Counted from the stretch's first letter, positions 39,177-52,653 are shown. The stretch: 64,000 bases of DNA from Lytechinus pictus (GCF_037042905.1 NC_087246.1:57164001-57228000), one strand, 5' to 3'. The notes: generated from the letters alone by a model not told the origin. Program-made: numbers and translations.

Positions 39177-39620
39177 AGACTGGACACCAAGCGATGTTTA
39201 GATCCTATATATACTGCGTATCCACCTTATATATTCATCCCAGCAACAAGTGTTATTATCCGTTTGAACCGACAGTCCAGGCAGGTCCCTGATACCAGTT
39301 CTGGGGTGGGATGGGCCAGCTAAAGCACGCATCAGTGTGGTTGGTGACTGGAATCGCCATCATCGCATCTCCCCCTGTGGAGAACACACCCCATACTGCA
39401 CTACCATGCCTCTCGCGGCTCAGCCAATCAGAATAGCGCGCGTGCCACTCAGTCGGTACAGCCGACCAATCAAAACCCTGTTTAAGGAGCCAACGGCCCG
39501 TGGCAAGTCTTCTATGCACGTTCATTGGTTGCTCCTATCTGTCAAGTAATTTTGACAGGCGGGTATCCTGATGAGTTGAATTGGTTGCCTTGATAAACCA
39601 GTTAAGACGCAGCTCGTGCG
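39177..39620 (-). promoter_or_regulatory. Core and proximal promoter of the scratch gene
   Basis: Minus strand: TATATATAG (39213-39205) about 30 nt upstream of an Inr-like CCAGTCT (A at 39181), and a second TATATAAG at 39233-39226. CCAAT/ATTGG boxes at 39424, 39466, 39524 and 39580; CGCGTGCC at 39439; locally GC-rich; about 500 nt upstream of the SNAG ATG. Confidence 0.65.
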
Positions 39621-40325
39621 TAAAATTAACAATGTCTTGATGTTATCCAGACCGTCTGATGGTCGAACTTGCTTAAAAGTTACACATGATGATTAGGATT
39701 GGTATAGGATAAGGTTTTTTTAGGATAGGTTTTTATTTTAAAAAATAATTAAGATCATGAAGAAGAAAATACATTTTTAATATAAAATCACAAGAATGCA
39801 AGGCCATTTTCAAGAAATTAACTTAGAATTATACGAAATAATTTACGGAATAAACGTTTGTATAACATCTGTAGTTTCATTGAAAATATTGTGGCCATAT
39901 AAAAATGTGCATCGCAAAAGTCCAAATGTAAAATAAAGAGACACAGTTAAGACAAGAAACCCAATGAAATTATATAACATTAGAAGATAGCTTATACGGT
40001 ACGGTGCACTATATTCTATGTAAAATAGATCAAGATTTACCGAAGATTGTATGAGAGAAGATATCATTAAGAAGGGTTTTGGAAAAGGAGACAACGATAC
40101 ACAACTTTTACCCGTTGTCGTAGGACTACCTATACTGCTGTCGGTCAAGTGCCATGACTGACGTTTCTGTACCCCCTTACACTCCCACACCCACTCCCGA
40201 GTCACAAGCACAAAAGATACAATGTTTAGAGAGTGATTTATCCCAGCTGTGTGAGTTTTGTGAGATGAAATAAACTTTGCCAGAGTGTTTCGATAATGAT
40301 ATTGCGAAAAAGGACAACAAAGCGT

Positions 40326-40719
40326 GGTATAATTCGTCCACTCACCATAATGGTCTATTTTCATTTAGTCTAATGCCATTCCGTCCATCAACATTTCGTC
40401 TAACAACAATTTGGTCCAATAACCCTTTGGTCCAATCATCACTTCGTCTAATCACCATTTCGTCTATGGTCATTTCGTCTCATAACCATTTGGTCTAATA
40501 TCCATTTTATTTTCACTCATTTTTGCACAATTAACACTTAGTCGAATTAGACCAAACGGTATATGGACTAAATGACTATTGGACCAACTGGTTATTAGAC
40601 AAAATGGTGAGTGGACAATTGGCAATTAGACCATGTGGATAGTGGACAAACTGATGGTAGACCAAAATAGACGAGTTGGCAATTGGACGAATTGGCATTA
40701 GACGAATTGGAAATAAACC
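40326..40719. mobile_element. Mutator-like MITE, copy 3 (left end eroded), about 1.1 kb upstream of the predicted scratch TSS
   Basis: High similarity to copies 1 and 2; right end GACGAATTGGAAATAAACC. Confidence 0.8.
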
Positions 40720-41075
40720 ACAATGTGTAGAGAGAGTTATGATGCACGGTAGAAAATATACTGCTGTTACGCGTATAGTTTGTAATAGACATAAAAATTA
40801 TATAGAAACACGTTTTAAGTTTTGAAAATCGAAGAAAATTTTGTAAGAAAGAAAATATATTCAAGGGATTTGTATACAAAGATTTACGACAAATTAAAGT
40901 ACTCTGACAGGGAGATACAATACAACTGTGATTTTTGAAGAATGCTGTCACTTTTTTAACGATTTGAAACAACTTTGCAGGATGGAAAGAAGCTTTGGAG
41001 CATTCGTGGGTCATCCTGTGCAAGCCTGTCCTTGTTTTTTAATGCTACTGTATATTGTGTTGTGGTGACTTAACA

Positions 41076-41273
41076 NNNNNNNNNNNNNNNNNNNNNNNNN
41101 NNNNNNNNNNNNNNNNNNNNNNNNNNNNNNNNNNNNNNNNNNNNNNNNNNNNNNNNNNNNNNNNNNNNNNNNNNNNNNNNNNNNNNNNNNNNNNNNNNNN
41201 NNNNNNNNNNNNNNNNNNNNNNNNNNNNNNNNNNNNNNNNNNNNNNNNNNNNNNNNNNNNNNNNNNNNNNNNN
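41076..41273. other. Assembly gap (N run)
   Basis: Run of N. Confidence 1.
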
Positions 41274-44200
41274 GATCGATGTGAAAAGAATTACAGTTAA
41301 TTGATATTTTAGAATACGTTCAGATTGAATCTCGGCCTATTCATCATGTTTATTGGGGCAAAAAAACCTTTGTTAGCTACGTAAGATTTGGTCATTTGGA
41401 ACAGTTAGGTTATAACGGTCAAAGCATGGATTGTTTGCAGAAACCCAGATTGAGGTGTAACGTTTATTTGAATACTAGCACACCAATCATCCGACAAACA
41501 AACAGACGATTTACTTTAGTGTGAAAGTTTAAAATTTAGATATTGATTTTTTTTCTTTTAAATCGTGATATTGTCATTGATTAGTCCTTTCCCTGTGGTA
41601 CGGTAAATCAGGGTAGACCTCGATAGGCTTTCTGTCTTTCCCCACATCCGCCGTTCAGCGGTGATCATTATTCCTTACTATCTGTTTATTAATTCTTATA
41701 CAATATACTTGTCAATATCTGTTCTGTTGTATCAGCATTTTATTTGTATTTATGTATTTTTGTGTAAATTAAAGAGGCGTGAAATAAATGAATCTGATTA
41801 TGTAAGTATTGCTGGTTTGATTATTGTTATGCGGAAAGGTTCGTTGTACAAAGTAGTTTTGTATAACTGACAATGCTACACTATGTAAATGAACGTACAA
41901 ATAAATAGAAATAGATCTAGATGATAAACTTTCTTTTTTAAAAGGACAATGTTGAGGATTAAAGACATTTTAATATGCTTTATTCACTTGCAATAACCGC
42001 TAAATATAAACAAAAGGTTATCTTGCTAAACCCAAAGCCCAGTAATTTTCATGCATTTTTTGTAATATTTCTTTGATAGTACCAGATGATGCATAATTCC
42101 TTTGTATAACACTTGAAACATTGCGCATAAAGCCAATCATTTTGATCGCACAAGAGCATAGAAAACCAGATCAACATCATCAACAGAAAGCATAGTATCG
42201 TCGTGTGGGGGCATACAGGCGTGCGCACTTGACACACGACTGATGTAAATATAGTATCGTTCAAGGAGAAATCCCATCACATATTTTCTTAACATATTTG
42301 TAGATTTAGAAGCAAGGTTACCTTCTTTTATTAAATAAAAAAAAGAAAGAAAGAAATTCCAGCACTGTGGGCATTGTTTGGACAAAACCATGCACGCTTC
42401 TGAATATGAAAAATATGCAATGTATATATGATTAATGTCTGTGGATTTATCATAATAAGACGAGGGACAAAATGAATTAATCCACACAAAGGTACAATTT
42501 CAAGTAATTTATTCATAAATATTGAAACAATTCATAGGTTTCTACAATGTCATCTGAAATAAAAGATATAATCCCAATTAAAATGTCCAGATTTTGTTTA
42601 TTTATTTTTATTTGCCTGAAATGATATTAGCGAGTACTTGATCTAAAATAATGCAATTTGGTCGTCTTGGCTTTGACGAGAATTGTATCATTTTCAATAA
42701 AGATTAACGAAGCGACAAGATATTCCACGAAATTACACAATTTAGATGCCGTTCTCATCCATTTAGTATTAATTTATTATAACCCAGCCATTCAGGAAAC
42801 GTATATGGTGATAACTTTGAAGATAAATTACTAGTAATGAACATTATGCAAACATTGAAATATGATTGCAACACCCTCATCCCCCTCCCCCCAAAAAATA
42901 TACGCTTATCTGTCTCATTCCGAAGTGAGCAATAACGCCATGCAGTCAAATTCCTTTACTACGCTTTTCCTTTTGCGCGTTTGTATCTAAACGTATAAAA
43001 AATTGACTGATTATATATTTAACATTATTTTTATTTCATTTTATTATCAGTTGTCTGTTTGCAAGCGAGCTTAGCGAGTGAGTTTAGCGAAAAATTACAA
43101 CTTTCTGGAGAGAATTATATCACTTTGCACACTAGCACAGTATGGTAATCAAATTAACGGGTGTTGTAGTTATGGGGGTTGCGACAACCTTATGAAAAAT
43201 TAATCTCTATATAGACGTTTGCCTACGAGGGGGAAGGGTTCCTTTGGTGCCCCCACTGACTACTGACCATGCACACTTATTGCACTTGTTAATGAGTCGT
43301 GTCTGAATATAGTGAATGGTTGGTATTTCTAATATAGGCCTACCCATATCTCCATCAATGAAGTGTATGAAGCTCGTACCACCCACGAGATACTTAGTAC
43401 TACAAATGTTTACTTTTGTTGGTTATCTTCGCAATCGTTCTTTCTTATAAATACATACATCATGATACTATGAAGTTATTCTACCTGATTTCCCACAAGA
43501 TAATGCGATGATTCAGATCACCCCAATTCAACACCTTTACCTCAATAGTTCCCTTAACTTCTCTACATTTTGTCTGTTTTTATTTTTTGTTAGGCATGAC
43601 CAGATATATATATAATTGTTTTATATTAACGATATAGTACATTGTCTTTTCTTTGTCATGTGATTATTTGAACCCAAAAATAAATCGCACGAACTATAAA
43701 CATTAATAGAGAAACCTATATGAAAAATAACATTGTAACATGTTTCGGCAAGAATTAATTATTTTTTAGCCGTTGATGGAATCATTCGTTGACCGTAAAG
43801 GAAACTCAAAATGGTCAAGATGAATATTACGTTTTAATCCCTGAAACAGACATCAGAAACGTGCACATATTTCCTCCATTTACAATATATTTTGTTCCGT
43901 ATGTCTTAATTATACATATAAGAAACAATAAAGAGAAAATTATATGTACATTATAATTATTCAAGATAATCATACAAACAAGTTGGGAATGGAGGGGCTG
44001 CTAAAAAGCGGAGCTTGTAGAATGCAGTATGTCTTTATCGGCGTATCGGGACACTGTGAATATCTGTAATGTTCCTTCGAATACGTGGGTCGCAGAAAGT
44101 TTTTGAAATCCTGACGGTAAAATTTACGTTTTTTAAAACCCGTTTATTAAACAAATGTTTGTGGGGCGGGAGTCGAAGCCCCAAACCACCCCAACCCTTG

Positions 44201-45119
44201 TTCCGCGGCCACCGATCATGGGGGGGGGGGGGCCTTTTTATTTGGCAACCAGTTAATTTGACTATTTTTGCCTACATATGCCTATTTATCGCCTATTTCA
44301 TGACTGTATATGCCTGCACCCTCATCACTGCTTTCAACCAATTTTTTCGCAACTGGGATTGACAGTTGTCCTTCTCACATAAAATAATCCGCTGGAGTAG
44401 ATAAACCCGAACATCGTATTCCTGCGGCGTGGCTTGTTGTTCTTACATCGCACCTCCATTCTCCACTCCTATTATTATCATTGCGATGATTTCGGGGATT
44501 AACATGATTTTAATGATAAGAAATGAAGAGGGGAAAGGATAGGTGGACCACCTAGCAAGAAGAAGTAATACAATCAGTTCACATTCAAACAGAAGCTAAT
44601 CATAGAAACGGCTTCTAAATTCAATGTTATCCTGTAATGCATGCATTTCATACGTCAAGTAAATCCCATAATTTCCTCATGGACGATGATAAAATTGAAT
44701 TGAATTGAATTCATGTTTATATCACTTATAATAGAACAGGGGAAGTATCAGGATGACATTGCATACGGTATATAATGATACATGTACAAACAACATGAAT
44801 CGAAATATATAATACGTTTTCATGTTTTTCCATGAGTAAACAGAAAATATCAGCAAATTTAATATCATATGTAGGAACAGAGAGACCCATTTAAAAATTA
44901 TTATGAATATGAATAAGTTGATTTGAATTAAATTTGAGTGAAAATTAAGACGATCGTACCACTAAGCATTTCATCAAGATTAAGGGTCTCTTTATGATCA
45001 AATCTACAAAAGTTGAAACAAATTATATGAAATGTAATTTTTTATCATCCAAATTTCATCCATTTTTTTTTATTTCCAGCTTTTCAAAATTGAAATCAAC
45101 GTGTTGCTGGGATGGACTA

Positions 45120-45355
45120 CACTGCAAAAACTCCGGTGTTGAGTTAACACCAACCCGGAATCTATATATGTCCACACCAGAGAAGTGTTAAACAACACCA
45201 GTTTCGTTTTGGTCTAACACCAGATAGGTGTTTATACAAAACCAAGTATTAAACCAGCATCGGTTTGATTCCGAACTGGTGTTGTTTCATTACTTCTCTG
45301 GTGTGGACATAATATAGATTCCGGGTGTTAAATCAACACCGGAGTTTTTGCAGTG
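45120..45355. mobile_element. CACTG-ended MITE, copy 2 (inverted relative to 6382-6621)
   Basis: Same TIRs and TA flanks; the interior is the reverse complement of copy 1 with scattered differences. Confidence 0.88.
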
Positions 45356-46699
45356 TAGGCACTTTAATAGTGATTGTACATGTAATAAAATGTATTGTAT
45401 AGTTCCAGCGTTGATTTTGTCGGCTGATGGTGTAGTGAAGTAGTAAAGGTGGTTGTAGATTGACATGTCGATTGTTGTAGTGGTGGTGGCAGTGAAAAAT
45501 CCAGCTCTGGATGTACTTCGGAAAACTTTGAAAATGTCTTGAATTCTCCTTTTTTATTCTATAATCATATCAAGGATACATATGAATATTTCCCCTTTCT
45601 TTTCTTTTATGAGTTCTGATCTTGTTTGACACAAGCATGCTGTTACTCGTCGGGTCTTTTTCAGATTATTTAATGATTATCATCTTGAAAAAAATAATGA
45701 GATACACATGACATCAGCTTCTTTTTTTATTTCCTCAGACACAAAGAACGAAGCTCTGACCACACACCCCAAACAGAAACCAGATTTACAACGTCTCTTC
45801 TAAACCACATCGCACCTTCACCGCTATCATTATCATCCTTTTTTGCGACCATTTTTATATATTTTTTTAACTTTCCATAGCTGTGACAAGTTGGCTCTGT
45901 GTTTTGACGCACCGTGAAACGGCTCGTCCCAACTTTCTGGTCCGTTCGTCCAGCTCAGTTTATCGTCCATATTTGGACATTGACCTTCCACGCGCCACGC
46001 GACGGACAAAATCGGCACGCGACCTTCCCCATCTCTTTCCGTTTCTCTCCATCTCTCTCGCTCTCTCTCCTGCTCAATGAAGACCCACTAACAAGACCAG
46101 TAAACCAACAATGAATCCCTTCGTTAATGTTCCATTGATGATATCCGCCCCTGGCAGGCTGATCGAGGGGGGAGGATGGAAGAGGAATTCTAGGAGAGGA
46201 CGACGAGATTCTTGGCATTTTTCTGCAGATGGGGGATGGTGTGGAGGGTGGTGATGATGATGATAATGACCATGGCGTGTGCCGGAATCTGGTGTTTCAC
46301 TCCCGTTATGGAGACATTTCGAGGATACCATCATATCGAAAAAGTGCATCACTTCTTGTGCTGCTAATCATCTGGTTTGTTTCTTTATCTTGCCCCACCC
46401 CATCTCTAACTCCCCTAATAAATGTCTGTCGTTCTGTCTATCTGTCTTTCTGTTCCTCTCCCCTTCCCTCTTTTCATATATTTAGTTCTTAGTTTTTTAA
46501 GTTTGTTTTCTTATTTTTTTGAGTACTGGGCAACCTGTAGACATCTAATGATTTATTTTCTTCTTCAATTTCTATTTCTGTGCTCATAAATAAGTATTCC
46601 ATTCTGATCATCATTTCTTTATTAATTCCCTTGTTTCATTCAATCTCAAATGCCAGTGGATCTAATCCAAATTAAAATATGAAAATGACCATAATAACC

Positions 46700-46925
46700 C
46701 CCTCTTCCTCTTTCCCTTTCTCTCCCCACACCCCCTCCCTCCCTCTTTTCACACCCCTCACCCATTTCTCTCTATCTCTCTCTCTCTCTCTCTTTCCCTC
46801 CTAACGCTCATTTTCCCCATTCATCCTCCTTTTCCATTCCTTCTTTTTTCACCCTTCTCTCTCGCTCTCTCTTCCCTCTCTCCTCCTCTCACGCCCTCTC
46901 TCCAACTCCCTCCTACCCATCTCCA
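46700..46925. repeat. Polypyrimidine / (CT)n low-complexity tract
   Basis: Direct reading; purine-strand equivalents at about 15690-15840, 16320-16445 and 32540-32680. Confidence 0.8.
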
Positions 46926-47959
46926 TTCGAACCTCTTTATATTGGTTGTTATATAAATTGCTTCCGGAGTGGCACACACAGTGCAGTGTTTATCACTCTT
47001 ATAAATAAATGCAGTCTTTGAAGCTCACCATCAGGCCGACACATCAACTGCCCATCTCATATGAGTTGGGCAGAGATACATCAAGTTCAAAACCAAAACG
47101 AGCCCCCCCCCCCCGCATTCTCCATACTCACGTCATTCACTTAGCGTTGGATCGTTCTTGCGCTCATAATGAAATCGATGAAAGCAAGAGGGTTGTTCTG
47201 AACCATAAGGAAAATTAATATATTTATAACTCTCCCCGCAGGCATCAACAAGAGTAAGGAAAACAAGTGATATTCCAATAGTAATGATGATGATGGTGAT
47301 TATGATAATGATGAGGATGAGGATGGTGATGGTGATGATAGTGGTAGTGAGGATGATCATGGTGAAGGTAGTGATGATGATGATTTCAATGATGATTATG
47401 ACGACAACGATAATATTGAAAATTATAATAACAACAGTTTATAAAATACACAGATAAATATTAAAAACATGAACAATGCATTTTCTAAAACACATAGTGT
47501 ACATAAGAAATTGTCCTTAAACGTCTTTGAAAATACAATAATAATATCAGTCTGGATACTAAAGTAATCAAAATCTTAATTTCATATTTTTACTTTTAAC
47601 TTTGTCTATTAGGGAAGTTTGTTACACTGTATGACAGTTTTGACAGTAGAAGAAGCAAAAGTATATGTTATCCACAACTAGGCTTATATTACTTCAAACT
47701 GTCGTTCATATTCAGTGCACGCATCTCTCTTTTTTTTTAAACCAGATTCGGAATAAGTAGGATCTGTGGTCAGGTTGGTCAAAAATAAAGGGGAATATTA
47801 AAAAAAAAATAGGAGAAGAAGGAAAACAACGGAAAAACAATATTCTAACTCTTGTTGGAATGCTCATCAGGGAATGGATAAAGTGTATAAATTGTTTGCG
47901 GGCAAGCCATGACCGTGGTAATAATATCAAGCTATATTATAGTAAAATATCAAAATTAA

Positions 47960-48465
47960 AGGGGAAGTTCACCCTGACAATTTTTTTTTGGTAAACATAG
48001 CAGATAAAACAATAAAAAAAAAATATTACGGAAGGTTTTATTAAATCCATCACAGAATTAAAAAGTTATAAGAATTTCATCCATTTGATTTGTGACGTCA
48101 TATGCGAGCAGCATTCCTACATAGCGAATGGTAAAAAAAAATTAATGAAATGTAATTTTCTTTGAAAATTTCTAAATGGTTTTTACTATACCTTTTGTAT
48201 ATCAATAGACAAATCATTTCACACCCGATCAAAAAAAGGAACCAAAAATAAGTCATCAGGAACCATCAAAAATATCAAAATCATGCATTTCATATTACAT
48301 AACACATGGGGCACTTTCTCTTTTATGACGTCACAAATCCAAAACTTAAAATTCTAATAACTTTCTTAATCTTTAACGGATTTTCCTCAAACCTTCACCA
48401 ATATTTTTTTATTATCTTTTCTGCTATTTTTTACAACAAACTTATATCCAGGGTGAACTTCCCCT
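47960..48465. mobile_element. Kolobok-like non-autonomous element (TTAA site)
   Basis: TTAA|AGGGGAAGTTCACCCTG ... CAGGGTGAACTTCCCCT|TTAT; internal TGACGTCA in both arms. Confidence 0.8.
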
Positions 48466-48593
48466 TTATGATATACAATAAAAATCTTGAAGCTGAGTCT
48501 TAATCAAATTCAATATTGTCTTTAAAAGTAGAAACCTTTATAATTGTCAGTATAGTGATGATCTCAACTGCGATAAAGCCGATAAGGGTCTAA

Positions 48594-48827
48594 CACTGTG
48601 AAAATTTGGATGTTAAAATCAGTAGGTGTTTCGAGAGGACCACACCCTAAGGTGTTGAAATAACACCCTAGAGTTCAAACTTATCGCCAAAGGGTGTTAG
48701 TTTAACAACCATAGCTATTGTAATAACACTATAGGTGTTAAACTAACACCTCCAATATCAACACATGTGTACTTGGTGTAGTCCGCTCTATGTACACCTG
48801 TTAACACCGTAGTCTTTTTTTACTGTG
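48594..48827. mobile_element. Degenerate CAC-ended AACACC-rich MITE (related fragments at about 50370-50655 and 53915-54140)
   Basis: CACTGTGAAAA ... TTTTTTACTGTG ends; GACCACACC, GGTGT and TTAACACC motifs shared among the copies. Confidence 0.55.
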
Positions 48828-49525
48828 TACCCCTTCTACTGCACAATGTATAGGGTGTTGTAGTCCAAACATAATGAATTATATATTTCAACACCTTGTT
48901 CCTATTCAGTTTGAACAGTAATGTAAAATGTCAAAAAATATTTGCGACTTTTTGTTTGTTTTTCTATTATAATTTTATCTTGTTTTGTTTTATACTTTTG
49001 ATGGTTGAATGCAATCATGAATTGAATTGAATTGAATTAAACATTTCATTCTTACAAACAGAGGATATTTCATGTTTCACGTTATATGAAACATTATTTG
49101 ATATATTGCTCCATAAAAGTATATAATCTTCGAAATAAGCCTTTTTATATCATAACCGATGAAATTAGATATATTTTCTTTGCGATAGGTGATGTCAAAA
49201 TCTTCTTCGAATCATTCTTATATAGAAAACAATACTAAAGAAAACTAAGGACATATATTTTTATCCCCTCATTATTTTTGACCCGACCCTAACTTCTCAA
49301 ATTCCGGCAGAGATCAGATATTGAGTAAAGATGCCAGGAATAATTCTATTTTCTGTGCATTTATGAAAAAGGATATAGCATGCCCAAAAATGGGCCGAGC
49401 CCGCGAGCTCGCGTGCCGGGCAGGATCGGCAGAAAGAGAATCGTGAAAGACGAGCAATAATGGCATAGTCTGCGGATTGTCAGGCACTGATTCCTTGGAT
49501 AACGATGGACAGAATAATATATGAA

Positions 49526-50238
49526 AGGGCAAGTCCACCCCAAACAAAGTAGATTTGAATTAATAACGAAAAATTAAATGCTGAAAATAAAGATCAAGTA
49601 GACAGAAATAATAAGTTTTTTGTAGGTAATCCAAAGGCACTGGTTATTGTATATGTTATCATGAACAAGTCATGTTAAGTTTAATGTAAGAATTTGTAAT
49701 CATGCTATAGTATTCTGTGTTCCTGGAAAAGAATCAACAACATTTCATAAAAATGGGATGTAAAATAAGAGTATATATTTATATAATATATTAAGTTTTG
49801 CTTATTTTTCATAAAATATAGGTTGCATATATACCCACATACCCGGAGGAATCAATCTTGTTTCACATTATTATGAGAAAAACATAAAATATTAGGTATT
49901 TCTTATAATAATATTAGGTATTTCTTATAATAATATTAGGTATTTCTTATAATAATATTAGGTATTTCTTATAATAATATTAGGTATTTCTTATAATAAA
50001 ATTACATAATAATCATTGAGTGATTGACGACACAGTTCTATACGTACCCCGACCATGTAGGATGTGCATACAACTTACTGTTCTGTTAGAGTCAGCGAAA
50101 CTTTAGATTGCCATAAATTTCCTATTTTCATGATTTTAGATCCGATTTAGATGAACTTTTCAGCCTTATGTCATGTATGTTTGCTTAATTTTTCTTTTCT
50201 CTTCTCATTCAGCTTTTATTAGGGGGGTGACTTGCCCT
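49526..50238. mobile_element. Kolobok-like non-autonomous element (truncated relative at about 55762-56110)
   Basis: AGGGCAAGTCCACCCC ... GGGGGTGACTTGCCCT with eroded TTAA flanks. Confidence 0.7.
49888..49997. repeat. Perfect 22-bp minisatellite, 5 copies
   Basis: AATATTAGGTATTTCTTATAAT repeated five times. Confidence 0.95.
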
Positions 50239-50495
50239 TTATCATCAATAATTACAGCCCTCCAACTAACATGCCAAGATTATGATTCATGATATAGGTT
50301 CCATCTGGTATCAGTGATGATGATGATGATGGTGGTGATGATGATGGTGATGATGGTAGTGGTGGTGGTAAAAACGACACCAGTCGGTACCCCTAGATGA
50401 CCACACCTTGAGGTGTTTAAATTACACCCTATATAGTTCGAATATGACACTATAAATGTAAAGGTTGGGCATTTAACACGAGAGTAACATGTCTG

Positions 50496-50607
50496 GGCTC
50501 CGTTGGCATCATTTAGTTACTACCATGGTTACGATACGAAGCAGCCAATCAGAATAAAGGATTTCAGGATATGTACCATTGTAGCCTAACTTTTATGCAA
50601 TGGGCCC
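50496..50607. mobile_element. Small Harbinger-like MITE carrying X-box-like and CCAAT motifs (other copies at 18697-18834 and 53527-53660)
   Basis: CTG TSD (50493-50495 and 50608-50610); GGCYCCGTTG / GCAATGGGCC ends; shared core CTACCATGGTWAC...CAGCCAATCA. Confidence 0.7.
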
Positions 50608-52653
50608 CTGGTGTGGTCGGTCCTCGCGCCGGTGAACATCACAATTTTTGCTGCATGGTTTTGGTTTTAAATATTGAAAGCGTAATTCGGTTCCCGGGTT
50701 AAAGTATGCGCGCAGTTACGAGTGTAGTGGAATGCTGATCGGAGTGTCAGAGTCGGTTGCTATAGAAACATTGAGGTATCCTGGATACGCGCATGCGCTC
50801 TTCGAACAGAGAAAATACATGTAGTTCTTTGAAAAATCTCCTTAAATAGGTCCTTGTTTTCACTCACCATCACTTAATTTCGCCATACTCAGCCTGTGGA
50901 GTTGAAAGACCGTACACAAAAAGTAACGAGTTAAAAAAAAATGTGTTCAATATCTTTGTCATTCTATAAAGGCTCTGTATTGAAATAATGATTGTTTTCC
51001 GTCGATATCATTCTGATCCATATTCATTCAACGATTTCACATACATGTACAACACCCCTTCTTTATATTTGATCGGTTGACCAAAGAAGTTATTAATGAT
51101 TAATTTCTTTGCCTTATTTCAAAAGACTGAACTCACCAAAAACCCCAAAGAGCGAAATGGACTGAATTCATGGAATTCAGTGAAACATCCCAACCAAAGC
51201 ATTTTAAGGTTGATTTTGCAATTCACATATTTTGATAAATTAATAATTGTAATCAGAATTGAGTAAGTCACACTGTAATTCCTATCGTTATACTTTGAAT
51301 CATGGTGCTAAATAAGAACACCCTGTGGAAATGCAAACTATATAGAACCTGTTGCACGGGCATACCTTACCGAATAAGGGAACAGTGGCACAGCGGTATC
51401 GAGCCCCCGTTATTACCCGTGAACTCCCGGTTTGTAGCAACAACCTTTTCGAGCGTCCATCTTATACTCTCGTTGGTAGAGGCTAAATAAGTGGTACGGG
51501 TTCGATTGTATTTCTCTTACCATAGAGCTCTGTATAATAGCTCCATGCTCTCACTATAATTGCCCTAAGTTAGCAAAAATCTAAATACTTGAAAATTTAA
51601 AATCTATACTGAAACCAGGCCAGACGGAAACTAACCTCTAGAGTAGCTCAAACTCTAACCCTTATTCCTCATGTTTTCTTAATCTATGCAAAAATATTTA
51701 ATCGAAGGGTGGCGCTACAGAGAAAGAGAGAGAGAGAGGGGAGGGGGGGCAGAGGCGATCACCTCGTCGATTTTTTTTTTGTTACAGTGTACTAATAAAC
51801 AAGGAGGGGAAATTGAATAAAGACGGAAAGGGGTGGGAGAAAAAAGACTTTCAAACAAAAGAGAGGTCTGCATGGGTTGTCTAAAATGTGGAACCCTATA
51901 CTGGAGGGAAAATACTTTTAGTTCTTCTTGCTCATCAAATTGGTCTGTTTTTATTTTACTAATACTATTTATCTTTAACTATTTTAGAAGCATACGGGAA
52001 AGGGATAAGGGGTTAAAGCCCCCACCTCTTGTACTGCAAAGTAAAAAAAAGTAATGACCTACATTTTTGGAGCCAACCCCTTTTTTGTGTTTTTCATTTT
52101 TTCGGGACAAAATTACCTTCATTTTGTTTTTGCGTATCAAATTTCTCGGTCAAACCCCCTCTTCGGAAAAAGCTAAAAATTAATAAATCTAAAACCTAAC
52201 ATGCCTACCCTAACACTATAATCATCATCATGCCTTTATTTTCTATGGTCCTTATTCTGAAACTGTGGTGTAAAATACGGGAAGCAAAGTGCAGAAATAT
52301 ATGAGGGGGCAAACATGATGAATGGGTTAAAATTTATAAAAATGCACGAGCAAGCAAATGTGTTGGAAAACTTATCACCAAAATGCTAATTTTTGAGATA
52401 GATTTTGACAATATATTTAGATAACAATAAGATATTTCATAATTTCTTCCTTTCCATATTAGAGGGGACATGGCCCCAGCCCCCATCTATATGCTAATGA
52501 GCGAGTGTGACACAATTGATCTCGAGAGATGGAATATTTCAATAACTCTCTATAATTGCTAATATCATTACAGAACGTGTTTATTTCAATAACTTTAATC
52601 AAAGATATATATTTGATAGTAGTCCAGAAAATACAAGGTGAATTCAAATTTAA

